DNA from: a virus
Taxonomy: Duplodnaviria; Caudoviricetes
DNA: 54,438 nucleotides
Direction: 5' to 3' (one strand)
Virus record (IMG/VR): IMGVR_UViG_3300037882_000418
Coordinates: 1-54,438 of that record
In this document: in pieces, positions 24,930-35,987 of the stretch
How the letters are laid out: every line of letters begins with the position of its first letter
Position numbering within the stretch: the stretch's first letter is position 1
Program-made: the position numbers and the translations under genes
The notes under the pieces: generated by a model
What the model was told of the DNA's origin: nothing
Seen by the model: only the letters and a program-made list of their open reading frames with translations
Database searches by the model: none

Positions 24930-25735
24930 TAGTATATATTTTCAGGTTTAGAAAGACTAGAAAATCCTCTCATAAACATATTAGATCTAGGAACTAATCT
25001 TTGATTGTAATTTTTAAGATTTTCCATTGTATTAAGATCTGGTGTATTTAATTCGCCAGCAGCTTTTGCAGCCAAGGTTTCATGTTTAGCTTCAAAATAC
25101 ATTGCTTGTTTATCTGCTCCAGCTTCTCCCATTATACTTCTCTTTAAAAAGTAGTTATATAAACAATAGAATAATATTGCTTGTTTAACAGTCTCGTTAT
25201 CTGGGATTAATGTATCTCCAGAATCATCCACAGTATATCTAGCATAAGAGATAACTAATGTCCCCTCTTTCAAAGTAGTTCTGATAGTGTTGTTAGAAAA
25301 GCTAGTAAACTCGTGTACATGACAAGTAGGATAAATATTAGTGTCGTTAGTAGATATACAAGGAATAAATGAAGACGAAGATTGACGCATTATTTTAGCA
25401 GTAGATAAATTATTATTTTCAGAAACTCTTTTAATAAAAGAATCTAATCTTGTATCTGCTAATTCTAATCCTATATTATCTCTAGTAATAGTTGTGTAAT
25501 CTTCTTTAGGTAAGTATTTGATTTGATACAGATATACTAAATCTTCTGGTAAGTCTGCGGTATGGTTAGTAAACTGAATCACAGAATTAGCCAAATCTAA
25601 CTTAGCTTCGCTTTTTATTTTTCTCATCCCACTTATAGCCCACTCAATTAAATCTGCCTCATTAAATTGCGATTCAGGTATAAACTTTGACAAGTTAAAT
25701 AATACTGATTTTATAGAAGTATATTTATAGTTCAT
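24929..25735 (-). CDS. Tail tubular/ring protein (P22 gp4-like)
   Basis: MNYKYTSIKS...LIEW...DDSGDTLIPDNETVKQAI motifs; directly upstream of the stabilization protein. ATG 25735 overlaps the end of the read-through gene upstream. Confidence 0.75.
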   Translation of the reverse strand: MNYKYTSIKSVLFNLSKFIPESQFNEADLIEWAISGMRKIKSEAKLDLANSVIQFTNHTADLPEDLVYLYQIKYLPKEDYTTITRDNIGLELADTRLDSFIKRVSENNNLSTAKIMRQSSSSFIPCISTNDTNIYPTCHVHEFTSFSNNTIRTTLKEGTLVISYARYTVDDSGDTLIPDNETVKQAILFYCLYNYFLKRSIMGEAGADKQAMYFEAKHETLAAKAAGELNTPDLNTMENLKNYNQRLVPRSNMFMRGFSSLSKPENIY

Positions 25736-26180
25736 AATATTTTGTAATTGTATTTTCTTCTCTTGAAGCTTCAAACATCTTTTTAACAATAGGTTTTGAA
25801 AATCTAAACCTCCACATTACAGCATTAGATATACCCATCTTTTCTTCTCTTCATTTTCTATAGTAGAATCTCGGCATATAGCCTTCACTGTGAGAAGTTT
25901 TATGTGGTATTATTTCTTGTTCTTCATCTGAAAGTTTTCAGTCTACTATTCTCTTTTTTATTTTATGTTTTTTAATTCCTATTCTACCTAAAGAATACGG
26001 GAGTTTAAATGCAACACCTTTATATATCATTTCTTCTATTGCAATAGAATTTACTAATTCTAATATGCGAGTGTAATCAGAAGAAGATATTTTATTTTTA
26101 TGTGGGAAACTATCTTTATAGATAGCTGAAGCTCTTTTAAGAGGAGCTACTCCGGGATTAGGATTTTCTAATGGATTCAT
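25725..26180 (-). CDS. IHF/HU-like crAss-family protein (151 aa), two in-frame TGA (25938, 25851)
   Basis: FKLPYSLGRIGIKK...IVD*KLS...HSEGY...YRK*RE...WRFRF; read-through ends at TAA 25725. Usual position upstream of the tail tubular gene. Confidence 0.75.
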
Positions 26181-26874
26181 TTGGATCTGATGATTGTACT
26201 TGTTCTGGGGATCTACCATCATTTCTATTATCGTCTGGGAATTTGTAAGTGATACCTAAGATTTCAAGAGCTAATTGATACATAGACAAAGTAAGTTCAG
26301 CATCAATAGGAAATTCTTCTGTTAAGTAATCTTTGCAGTTTTGTATTTCTGGACATAAAGATTCAGAATACTCCGATACTTGATCTGGGTCTTCCCATAT
26401 AGCCTTGGCAGATATAGTAGAAAGTACAGTATTATTTATTATGTAAACGTAATTATTTTCTAAAAAGTATCCTAATTTATTTTTAGAGGCTAAAGAATAA
26501 TTAGCATATTGATTAGAGGTAATAGATATTTTTGGTATCTGATGCCCATTTAATTTTAAGGCTTGAAAAGTATCTCCTTGTTTATGTGTAAAGTAATTTG
26601 GTAATTTGTATTTACTTCTAAGTATTTTACAACCTACCTCTTGTCCTAAACATTCACAGTCGTGATAAACATCAACTACTAATGGGACACAGATTTTTTG
26701 ATATGAAAAGTCAGATATAAATTGAGTCTTATCTAACTTCTGTTTAATAAGTCTACTTCTTGCAGACTTTAATGCGTGAGCTACTAACCTATTAGATAAC
26801 CTATTGTCATCTGATGGTGTACCTCTATTAATAATATTTTGAATAAAATATACGTGATGAGCAAAAGTAGCCAT
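26158..26874 (-). CDS. Tail ring/structural protein (crAss-like)
   Basis: SDD..LSNR, Cys-rich CVPL..CEC..C.ILRS and EFPID motifs; located in the structural module. Confidence 0.7.
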   Translation of the reverse strand: MATFAHHVYFIQNIINRGTPSDDNRLSNRLVAHALKSARSRLIKQKLDKTQFISDFSYQKICVPLVVDVYHDCECLGQEVGCKILRSKYKLPNYFTHKQGDTFQALKLNGHQIPKISITSNQYANYSLASKNKLGYFLENNYVYIINNTVLSTISAKAIWEDPDQVSEYSESLCPEIQNCKDYLTEEFPIDAELTLSMYQLALEILGITYKFPDDNRNDGRSPEQVQSSDPNESIRKS

Positions 26875-26899
26875 TGTTTGTATGTTATTAAAATAATAA

Positions 26900-26930
26900 T
26901 GGGGCTAAAGTTATAATCTAACTAGCCCCA
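26900..26930 (-). terminator. Probable intrinsic terminator or processing hairpin
   Basis: TGGGGCTA...TAGCCCCA inverted repeat in an intergenic gap, followed by a T-rich run on the minus strand. Confidence 0.55.
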
Positions 26931-26956
26931 CATATTAGTATATGTCTTTTAAACTA

Positions 26957-27643
26957 CTACTGTAAAGGTAGTAAACTTATAATGAAATCGAAAGTACCAG
27001 CATTAACCGTACCGTTAGAATTACTAATTCTTACAAAATAATCTGTGTTGATAGATAAAGTTGGATTTAGCTCAGCTGAATTTCCTATTCCTTGACTATG
27101 TGCAACTAAAGTTGGTGAACCGCATGTGCCTCTATAAATAGCCATTTGTGGTACTTGTATAGACCCACCTCTTACATAGATATAAGGTTTTAATATTGGA
27201 GTAAATCCTGTATTAAATTTATACCAAATATCTCCGTTAGAGTCTGGATCCCAAGATGCAGGTAAAGGTAAACCTGAGTCTGATGGGTACTCTAAAGTAG
27301 GACATACTCTATCATTTCTCTGACCAGTAACAATATAAATAGGTCTATTAGTATCTATGTACGCTTCTTGTTTTGCTGTAGAACAATCATCGTTAGCTGG
27401 TAAAGGTAATTCTACACAGTTAGTTGTTATTTCTATACACTCAGTATAAGCTGTCGGCCATAGATTAATAAACTTATTTATTGCATCTAATTGACATTCA
27501 GTCAAGCAATAATCAGCATTATCCATTAACCACTTATAAGCTGCTGCAGTACATAGAAGATCTTCTACACTTTTAGTGCATATTCCAAATTTATTTTTAT
27601 TCCTTAACTGATTTACTAAATCAGCAACTATACAGTTTAACAT
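26957..27643 (-). CDS. Structural protein with Cys-rich N-terminus and C-terminal Bacteroidota-surface-type beta-sandwich (PANDDC) domain
   Basis: PANDDCSTA...DIWYKF...QMAIYRGTCGSPTLV...YFVRIS; ATG overlaps the upstream stop; ends TAG TAG. Confidence 0.65.
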   Translation of the reverse strand: MLNCIVADLVNQLRNKNKFGICTKSVEDLLCTAAAYKWLMDNADYCLTECQLDAINKFINLWPTAYTECIEITTNCVELPLPANDDCSTAKQEAYIDTNRPIYIVTGQRNDRVCPTLEYPSDSGLPLPASWDPDSNGDIWYKFNTGFTPILKPYIYVRGGSIQVPQMAIYRGTCGSPTLVAHSQGIGNSAELNPTLSINTDYFVRISNSNGTVNAGTFDFIISLLPLQ

Positions 27644-28122
27644 CCGCAATCGTTATTTAAAATAGTACCATCTAAAGTATTGAGTAAGTCGTTATATAAT
27701 AGTATAACAGTAGAGCAATCACAGGCATTACATTGTGCGTATAATTTAATCGCTTCGTATTTAGCGTATATAAGTGATTCTGGATTATTCCATGTAGCCG
27801 TAGCCACTTTGCATATTAAATCGCAATCTACTATTGTAATTTCTCTTTGTGTAATTTCGTCTGAACCTTGTATAAAGGATAGAGTAAAACAATAGATACC
27901 CTTAGTTAATGAGCTGGTTGCAATGTTAAAAAATGTAGGGGTTAACGTTATAGTATCAACATCTACATCCCCAACAAGAACATTATAAGTGACTTCTTCT
28001 CCACCATTAATTTTATACTTTAGTGTCACAGCAGTTACAGTAGGTGAGCCACTTGTATAATCTTCCAATAAAGGATCTGATATAACTATCTCTGTACAAG
28101 AGCGATTAACGTAAATTGTCAT
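27637..28122 (-). CDS. Putative tail hub/structural protein
   Basis: Ig-like beta-rich N-terminus, helical Cys-rich C-terminus ending DCGC; lies next to the fibre genes. Confidence 0.6.
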   Translation of the reverse strand: MTIYVNRSCTEIVISDPLLEDYTSGSPTVTAVTLKYKINGGEEVTYNVLVGDVDVDTITLTPTFFNIATSSLTKGIYCFTLSFIQGSDEITQREITIVDCDLICKVATATWNNPESLIYAKYEAIKLYAQCNACDCSTVILLYNDLLNTLDGTILNNDCGC

Positions 28123-28136
28123 AATTATATTTTAAA

Positions 28137-29915
28137 TTAAGCAGGTTCTATAATAAGCCAAGCTACTTGAGAAGTATCTGAGCCTGAAGTTGAAGTAATT
28201 GTGAATCCTGTACCAACACCTCTTGATGATACGTAAGCATAACCTACAGTACCACCCGGTACTTGTGTAGTTAAAAATATTCTACTAGAAGCTGTAACTT
28301 TAGAAGTGGAAACGTTTGTAGAACCAGCCGTTAGAGTAGCAATACCCATAGTAGCGTTAGTACCTTCTTTGATACAAATACCATCTCCAGCAGTCTGAAT
28401 TTTAATATTACCAGTGTCTAGTTGAGAAAATGCAGAATCATCTGCTAAACGTACTTGAACAGCAGTTAAAGATCTTTTTAAAGCAGGAAAAGAAGAGGTT
28501 GTACCACCGAATTGAAGTAAACCAAAATCAGTCCCAGCATTATTAGATATTCTAATATTACCATTAACTGCAGAACTCATACCACTTCTAGCATTCCATA
28601 GTATATTACTAGCTCCGTTAGCTACAATATTACCGGTGGTATTTAATTGAGCACACTCTAAGTTACAGTGTGCGGAGTCATCAGCTAACCTAGTAATAAT
28701 ACTTGTACCTGATCTTTGAATAGATGGGTAAGATGCAGTAACACCACCTAGTTGAAGTCTATTGAAATTAGACCCAGAGTTATCAGTAAATTTTACTGAC
28801 CCTGTAGCATCAGATCCCGGCTGTAAAAATGCATAAACAGTTAATCCTGTATTACGTAATAATACACCGCTGTTAGTTATTATAGTCCCCGGATATGTTA
28901 CAGTACCCACAGATGTTACTCCCATCGCTTCTGTCAAAGTACCTGCTCTCATTAATTTTAATGAGTAAGAGGTGTCTTCAGAAGCACTAGTAGCGTCTGA
29001 CCATATATATTCCTCTGTAGCCGCAATTCTATTTATACCAGAAGCATTCTCTAATTCTATTTCTGTACCTAAACCAAAGTTAGTAGTAGCTGTACCAGAA
29101 GTAGTATGAGCATATTTATTTACATAAGTAATTGCATTTGTAACAGCATCAGCAGCTACGACATGCATTAATCTATCAGGAGCAGTAGTACCCCAACCAA
29201 ATCTACCTGTACTTGTGATAGCACCATATTGAATAGAGTTTGTATAATTAGAAAACAGAAGTTTTCCACTCCATAGAGTATTTAAGCATATAGCTGTATC
29301 TGGAGCTACGTTATCCCCTTGTAACTGAATAGTGCCTGCAAACTCATTAATAATGAAACCTACAGTACCACCTAAATATAATACTCCTGAGTTATCCAGT
29401 CTAAATAATTCTGTAGCATTAGAGTTCTCTACAAATAAGGAATTTGTTCCCGATAAAGAACTAGCTCCTCTAATATGCATTGTATGTGACAAAGCACCTG
29501 TATACCCAATAGACATTTTACCACCTGAGTATTGAAACCCAGAGTTATTAGATAGGGTATTTGCAGAAGTCCAAAAAGCAATTTTATCTGCTGCACCGCC
29601 GCTTAAAGCTGTAGATGCAGATAGTACACCTAAACCAGATAGAGATAGCCCAGCACCTAGAGTAATAGATTCATAAGAGCCAGTACCAGCACTAAATCTA
29701 CCTACTAAAGTGCTAGTCGGTATAGTAGGAGAAACAGAGTTTCCTAATTCAGTTACTATTCTATTCAACACAGTTTTAAAAGTAGTATTAGGTAAAAATT
29801 GATACCCACCTACTTTTAAATCATAATCTAATTTTAAATCAGATATTGAAAACATTTTTCTAGTATCAGTCCTATTAGTAATGTAAGGCGACGCTAGCTT
29901 ATTATTAAAAATCAT
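28137..29915 (-). CDS. Tail fibre/spike protein (592 aa)
   Basis: G/S/T-rich with internal repeats (LQLGGVTASYPSIQRS..RLADDSA and LQFGGTTSSFPALKRS..RLADDSA); C-terminal IKEGTNATMG...SRIFLT fibre-tip domain. Confidence 0.8.
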   Translation of the reverse strand: MIFNNKLASPYITNRTDTRKMFSISDLKLDYDLKVGGYQFLPNTTFKTVLNRIVTELGNSVSPTIPTSTLVGRFSAGTGSYESITLGAGLSLSGLGVLSASTALSGGAADKIAFWTSANTLSNNSGFQYSGGKMSIGYTGALSHTMHIRGASSLSGTNSLFVENSNATELFRLDNSGVLYLGGTVGFIINEFAGTIQLQGDNVAPDTAICLNTLWSGKLLFSNYTNSIQYGAITSTGRFGWGTTAPDRLMHVVAADAVTNAITYVNKYAHTTSGTATTNFGLGTEIELENASGINRIAATEEYIWSDATSASEDTSYSLKLMRAGTLTEAMGVTSVGTVTYPGTIITNSGVLLRNTGLTVYAFLQPGSDATGSVKFTDNSGSNFNRLQLGGVTASYPSIQRSGTSIITRLADDSAHCNLECAQLNTTGNIVANGASNILWNARSGMSSAVNGNIRISNNAGTDFGLLQFGGTTSSFPALKRSLTAVQVRLADDSAFSQLDTGNIKIQTAGDGICIKEGTNATMGIATLTAGSTNVSTSKVTASSRIFLTTQVPGGTVGYAYVSSRGVGTGFTITSTSGSDTSQVAWLIIEPA

Positions 29916-29946
29916 AATTATTTTTATTTAATACAATTCGTATTTA

Positions 29947-30288
29947 TTACCCTAACTTTACTGGGCCATCTATAATTTCTCTAAGTACAACATTATTTAT
30001 CATAAAATTATCTAGTGAGTATTGATACCCTGTAGGTGTCAATTCTCCTAAAGCATCAAATAATCCATGAATAAAGTCGTACTCAGCACCTCTATATACT
30101 TTAGAGCTAAAAGTATGTATAGGATTTCCATTTCTTCTTGCTACAGCTACTATAGCCATTTCAGCTTCCTTAATAGCTGGGTTTTTAGATAGTGTAATAT
30201 AAGATAAACCTACAGTATTTTTATTAAAGTAAGAGGTCTTAAATTCATCTTCTGAAAACCTTAAATCGTTTTTTAGTGAATAAATCAT
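29947..30288 (-). CDS. Hypothetical protein (113 aa), possible fibre accessory
   Basis: Intact ORF between fibre genes. Confidence 0.65.
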   Translation of the reverse strand: MIYSLKNDLRFSEDEFKTSYFNKNTVGLSYITLSKNPAIKEAEMAIVAVARRNGNPIHTFSSKVYRGAEYDFIHGLFDALGELTPTGYQYSLDNFMINNVVLREIIDGPVKLG

Positions 30289-30461
30289 TAGTATTTTATA
30301 TTTAATTCAAACACAATTAATTTAGTGTTAGGTTCTAATTTATCGTGTAAATTTTTAATATATCTAAATCTAGGAGCGATATATTTTTTCGTCATCCTAG
30401 TTAGAATAGGGGTATAATCGTTATCTATTAAGGATCTGAATGTGTAATTTCCTATAGTCAT
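30288..30461 (-). CDS. Small hypothetical protein (57 aa) missed by the ORF track
   Basis: MTIGNYTFRS...FELNIKY*; TAATG overlaps with the neighbouring genes at both ends. Confidence 0.65.
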   Translation of the reverse strand: MTIGNYTFRSLIDNDYTPILTRMTKKYIAPRFRYIKNLHDKLEPNTKLIVFELNIKY

Positions 30462-32875
30462 TATTTTTCAAGTTGTTTTATTCTTTCTTCAAGTTGTTGT
30501 ATGTATGCGTACAGTTCTTTAACTCCTTGTAGAGCTATAGAAGCTATAGCGTTGTAACTAACTGATTTCATTTTATCTTCAGTCTCATCTGTAAATACTG
30601 CTTCTGGGAAACATTCTTCTATTTCTTGAGCGATAACTCCTATGTTTCTATTTTCTTTAGGGTTGCTTTTTAACTTATAAGAAACACCTCTAAAGGAGTT
30701 CACATAAGGTAATACAGATAATACAGTAATATCTTCTTTTAATCTATAGTCAGACCCAACTAACCACCCAGATGACCCTGAAGTTATATGTGCTCTGGTA
30801 GTTGCTCCTTCTTTCACTTGAAAAGATTCAGAGCCACCTACTGCAGCTAATCTCCAGTTACCTTGAGTAAAGTGTATTGCTACATCTCCACTTGTATTAG
30901 ATGTGTATGGGCCTAAACATAAAGTAGCATCTATTGTACTATTAGCATTTCCTAATAAAGTTTTACCTGTATCGTGAAATGTTGCTACTGTACCCCAGTT
31001 TTTACTTGCACCAGATTGTCTAACTTTAAATATGAACTCTGAACCGCCATTAGTACCATCGTTACCTGCAGCTACAAAATTTGCAGTTTGTCTTTGTGTG
31101 CCACTATTTACTTCATTATTAATTAATAAAGCATGAGAGTTATTAAAACTGGCTTCAGACATTATAGCGCCACCACCTTTAAGGTGTAAAATAGTTTGTT
31201 CGCTAGTACCAAATTTAGAATCTGTAGGTAAAGCAAAAGCACCGTAATGTAAAGATGTAGTAAATCCTTTATCTCCTGCAATATTTAATTGTGTACTATT
31301 TAAGTCTACAAAGTTTTGTACGTTTGACCCCGTACCTCCATTACCAATAGGGATCACACCTGTTAAAGATATATCTGGATTTGTACCTCCTGAAGAAGAT
31401 AATGGGGTAGTAGCTGTTACAGCATTTACTTTGTTATTAAATGTAGTCCAGTCTGTCGGCTGTAATTTACCTGTGACTGTGCCTGAAGCAACTGGTAAGT
31501 GTAATGTATGAACACTACCTGCACTAACTATATTAAAATCAGTTCCAGTTGTTCCTGTTTGTAAAGTTTGAGAAGCAGCAGTGAGTCCATTTATAGAGGT
31601 TATACCTCCACCACCTCCACCACCTCCGGCTACAGCGTTATCTACATATTCTTTATCTACTAAAGATCTGTTATCCCAAGTACCTGAATAATTAGCTAAA
31701 TACCTAAATCCATCTACTTGTAAATCTACTCTTGTTGCTGTAGCTACTTGAAAACATAATTTCTGAGAAGCTACGCCAACTCGTACTGGACTAGGTGTTA
31801 ACCCATCTTTGAATGCTAATCATGCACCTCCTGTACCACTTGTAGGAGTTTCAATTAATACGTGATTAGTGTTAGCAGAAGTGCTAAAAGTATGTATTCT
31901 ACCTTGAGGAGCAGTGTTTATACCTACTCCAATATTCCCTTGAACTGCTAGATTAGCGTTAGGAATAACTGCGGTAGTATAACCTGACCCTATACTCATC
32001 CCCCCATTTAAAGATAGAGCAGAACCGGGAGCAGTAGTCCCTATACCTAGTTTACCATCAGGCATGAATCTAGCTCGTTCTATTCTAGCGTTTGTAGTAC
32101 CTGTTTCAAATACAATACCTTGAGGTATAACTCCAACAGATGGAGTACCCATTAACTGTAAGTGAATACCTGCGGTTGTTAATGCAGCAACACCATCATA
32201 ACCTGCACCTAATAAAGATAAAGTAAAATCATTAGTACCTACTATAATAGGAGTAAGAACTGTACCTTTAGTTTTAATACCTTTAATGGCTCCTCTAGTA
32301 GTATTTTCTACATTTGAAGATATTAAAGTTAAAGTTGCACCGTTTAATTGTGAGCTTGTAATAGTCTGAATAGAGTTAGTATCTATTAAAGATGCGTGTA
32401 AAGTATCTCCCTCATCACTAATCTGAAACTTATTTTGAGGAGTCTGAACATTTATACCTACTTTATTATTACTTAAAGCTTTTATAGCACTTAAAGGATT
32501 AAAGATATTAGCATTGACTGTTCTTAATTCAAATCCATGTGCAGTAGCAGATTCCGTAACTGCCCTAAGAGATAACATAGGAACAGTATTATTTGTTTCA
32601 AAATCTATTGAGCTATATAAACCTGCTGTACTAACAGTATTTTTTCTATTTAAGACTAATAATGGTACGCTAATAGCATTAGTTATATTAGAATTTAACT
32701 CTAATACCCCACCATTACGTAGCATAAAATTACTTGTTTCGCTAGAAACAAATCCTATATCATCATTATCATACCAGTTTACTCCGGTAGTTAAATTATC
32801 TTCAGTACCTCTAATAGTAGGTTCTGCTGATGTTCCTAAAGGAACTGTTAATTTATGTACGTATCTAGTTATCAT
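30461..32875 (-). CDS. Tail fibre with C-terminal intramolecular chaperone (peptidase S74), 804 aa, one in-frame TGA (31820)
   Basis: The frame stays open for 154 codons after the TGA and runs into 30461..31357. GKLGIGTTAP-type repeats, a poly-Gly linker, and SDYRLKEDI...IGVIAQEIEECFPEAV...coiled-coil end. Confidence 0.88.
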
Positions 32876-32876
32876 A

Positions 32877-34511
32877 TTATGCTATTATTACGTATTTAAT
32901 TATATAATTTGCATCTGGAGCAAATCCAGAAACAGTTATATTTCCTGAAATTACTGTAGTATCTATTGCTATCCCTATTACTTGATCATTTACATCTCTA
33001 CATTGTACCATTACATCTGAGTTAGCGTATGGACTTATAGATATAGTTTGAGAAAAAGATCCCGGAGCAACTACTGTAAACTGACCTGATTTCTTATTTG
33101 TTATTGTCCAAGGAGAAGGTAATAAGTTAGCTACAGCTACATCATTAGCATTTACTACTATACCTACACCTGCACCTACTGCTAAAGGAGTACCATTACC
33201 GCCTATTAATCCTGCTCCAGCAACGGAAGAATTAATCTGTGTAGCGGTTATTCCTGAATCAGCTACTTTTAAACCTAATGGAGACTTACTTAAAGTAGTA
33301 CCATCAAGTTCTAAAGAGAACTCGTTTGTAGTTAATTCAATACCTTCACCATCTGCAGTATATGTTCCAGCACTAATCTTAACCCATTCTACTGGAGATG
33401 TACCTAGAACTACTGGCGTAGTAATTTGAAAGTATTGGTTATTATTATTTAATGTTCCTTCTTCTACGGATACTGCAGCTCCTTCTAATTCTGCTCCTGT
33501 ATCTGTATCTGTAGTTCTTGTCCAGTTACCTGAAGAAGATACATAGATACCATTTAAAGAAGGTATTGTAGAATCTTTTACAAGAACTCTACTATTTGAA
33601 GTTAATATACCATCAATTGTCTGTTCTCCAAATAATGTGATATTTGTAGTTGTAGCAACTTTAACAGATTGTTTCCATTTTCTACCATCTAAAACTAAAT
33701 CTATCCATGCTTTATCTACTAGAGATCTTGCAGTATAGTTAGCAGAATAGTTAGCTGCATACTTTAAACCTCCAGAATTTAAATCGTCTGTAAAAGTGGC
33801 AGTAGTTTGTGTTAAAGTTAGTCTATAAGAATAATTAGATGGTGATACACCTACACTAATTTGGCTAGATGTAGGAGTTAAATATAAATTATATTGATTA
33901 CCAGTTAGCAGTGGTTTAAAACCAAAATTACCTGATAATGAAGCTATTGTCATATCAGGTACAGTTCCAGAACCACCATATATACCATCTCCTCCTGCAT
34001 TAGCATCTACATACTGTTTAGTAACCAGAGATAAAGGATTAAATGTAGCAGAATAATCTGCCGCATATTGTATGCCTCTAGGTACTGCATTGCCGTCAGT
34101 AAATATAGAAGATGAAGGAGTTATGTTAAATATAGTATTATTAGCTTTAAATTGTAAGCTAGAAGTCTGAGCATTTACTATAATTGCTGGGTTAGATACA
34201 CTATAATTTATATTAAATGTGGAATTAGGACTTAATGTTGCTATTGCAGCAGCAGCTATTGTACCGTTTCCACTATAAATTCCATTACCATCTGCTCCAC
34301 CACCAGATATAATAGTACCATCCTCTATTTGAGAATTAATCCATTTAGCTAAATCAATTGAGTTAGATGGTGGGCTAATAAAGATAGATTGATAATCTTG
34401 CTGTCTAGGTATAGACCTACCCATATTAAAAGGTAGATACACATAATCTGGTAAAGCAGATTTAAAATTATCTTCCTTAGCAGAATTGTTTGGTAAAAAG
34501 AATTTTGACAT
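32877..34511 (-). CDS. Fibre-like virion protein (544 aa)
   Basis: Repeats GIY.G.GT...G..YAA.YSA.....SLV.K...D; WKQSVKVATT...TIDG...RVLVKD...NGIY domain common in phage fibres. Confidence 0.75.
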   Translation of the reverse strand: MSKFFLPNNSAKEDNFKSALPDYVYLPFNMGRSIPRQQDYQSIFISPPSNSIDLAKWINSQIEDGTIISGGGADGNGIYSGNGTIAAAAIATLSPNSTFNINYSVSNPAIIVNAQTSSLQFKANNTIFNITPSSSIFTDGNAVPRGIQYAADYSATFNPLSLVTKQYVDANAGGDGIYGGSGTVPDMTIASLSGNFGFKPLLTGNQYNLYLTPTSSQISVGVSPSNYSYRLTLTQTTATFTDDLNSGGLKYAANYSANYTARSLVDKAWIDLVLDGRKWKQSVKVATTTNITLFGEQTIDGILTSNSRVLVKDSTIPSLNGIYVSSSGNWTRTTDTDTGAELEGAAVSVEEGTLNNNNQYFQITTPVVLGTSPVEWVKISAGTYTADGEGIELTTNEFSLELDGTTLSKSPLGLKVADSGITATQINSSVAGAGLIGGNGTPLAVGAGVGIVVNANDVAVANLLPSPWTITNKKSGQFTVVAPGSFSQTISISPYANSDVMVQCRDVNDQVIGIAIDTTVISGNITVSGFAPDANYIIKYVIIA

Positions 34512-34531
34512 AAGTTATATAAAGTATATAA

Positions 34532-34551
34532 GTGGGGGACTATACCCCCAC
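34532..34551 (-). terminator. Probable intrinsic terminator
   Basis: GTGGGGG-ACTATA-CCCCCAC stem-loop downstream of the gp73-like gene, followed by TTATATACTTT on the minus strand. Confidence 0.65.
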
Positions 34552-34575
34552 CATATAAAAATAATTTAATCTAGA

Positions 34576-35964
34576 TTACACAGTATCAATAGATGGATGA
34601 GAATTAGAGGTCAACCAAGAATTCATCATACCTTCAAAAGCTGTTACTAAAGCTGATTCTGTAGATGGAATACACACTATAGTAGCAAATGGGTTGATTG
34701 TACTATTTGTAATATCTATCTGTTGATTGTTAAAGTGATTAACAGTGTAAACGATGTATTGTAAACCGTTTACAATTGGAGAATCATATTCAGTAATAGG
34801 CAATTCACGCTGACGTAAATTATATTTACGCTGGCCATGCGTGTTACGATACCACAGATCCAAGTAAGCAGACTGACCGTGACCTTCGTGCAGTTCTTCG
34901 TACTCTTTACAGTTAACCGTAGTAAAGTCAAATCCTACTGGCAAACCTACACGAAGTCTAGTCCGTTTCCTATAGATCCTTTCTTCAAAAGCTGGAGTCT
35001 CATCAAGAGCTACCAACATAATCAAATCTGCAACACCACCTGCTGTAAGACCAGCAGTAGTAGTGTCAATAGTCAATATAGACCAAGTAAGAGCTGCAAT
35101 AGCAACTGGAGCACCAGCAAATTCACTTGCAGCTTTAACTGCAGCGTTTTTGATGGAATCTGCCATAGCCTGAGTAAGAGTGATAGAGCGAACACCTACG
35201 TTAGTGTTAACTACTGGCACAACTTGGTTAGCTGCTAATGGGCTACCACCACCTATGTTAGTACCTGCACCACCTGCAACATTAATTGCCAAAGCAACCA
35301 CTGGAGCATTAGCACCATACCTAGAGCGAGCACCTGCAATAATAGTGGAATTCCTATTGATATTCCAGCTAAGATTTTGAATCAGGTGATCTACTGGGTC
35401 TTGAGTAGCCAAAGTAGTGTAATTAGGTGTAACAAAAGATGGAGTCATGGCTGAAGAACCTACGTGACAACCATTGAATACAGTCTCACGCATACCTTCA
35501 AAAGTAAGTTTTAGAGAATACTCAGTATTGTCTAAAGCTGTAATAGTACGACCAGCAACAGTAGAACCTACAATCCAAGTGGAGTGTGTACCTACTTCTG
35601 CAAGCTGCTTAGTTACTAATACTGGGTTACGACCGTTGATCTGAGCAGAACGAATAAATGGTTCTGGAGATAGTGGGTAACGAACATTAGCGGCAGAAGG
35701 GTTAGCAGAGTGTGGTGTACCTTGTGCTAAATATACAAGAGGTGCTTCACCAAAAGCTGGGGTAGCATCAGTTGCTACGTTAAGACCTACTGTACCAAAA
35801 GAAGAATCGGAAAACATACCAACAGAACCATCTGGAAGAACTACTCCACCAGTAGATAAGTTATTGATAAAGTTACCAGCACCGGCTGCGTTATATAACG
35901 TAGTACCAGTCTTAGCAACTAAGAATGTTTCCATAGCATGTATATTGCTATTATTTTGTGACAT
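34576..35964 (-). CDS. Major structural protein (crAssphage gp73-like, auxiliary capsid protein candidate)
   Basis: 462 aa; third gene downstream of the MCP; codon style similar to the MCP; followed by a terminator. Confidence 0.65.
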   Translation of the reverse strand: MSQNNSNIHAMETFLVAKTGTTLYNAAGAGNFINNLSTGGVVLPDGSVGMFSDSSFGTVGLNVATDATPAFGEAPLVYLAQGTPHSANPSAANVRYPLSPEPFIRSAQINGRNPVLVTKQLAEVGTHSTWIVGSTVAGRTITALDNTEYSLKLTFEGMRETVFNGCHVGSSAMTPSFVTPNYTTLATQDPVDHLIQNLSWNINRNSTIIAGARSRYGANAPVVALAINVAGGAGTNIGGGSPLAANQVVPVVNTNVGVRSITLTQAMADSIKNAAVKAASEFAGAPVAIAALTWSILTIDTTTAGLTAGGVADLIMLVALDETPAFEERIYRKRTRLRVGLPVGFDFTTVNCKEYEELHEGHGQSAYLDLWYRNTHGQRKYNLRQRELPITEYDSPIVNGLQYIVYTVNHFNNQQIDITNSTINPFATIVCIPSTESALVTAFEGMMNSWLTSNSHPSIDTV

Positions 35965-35987
35965 TTTTAAATAAAATTTTAATTATA

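Noticed and set aside
28137-34511. Diversity-generating retroelement or invertible tail cassette
   Set aside because: No reverse transcriptase or recombinase, and no near-identical nucleotide repeat pair was seen; the repeats are only diverged protein-level ones.
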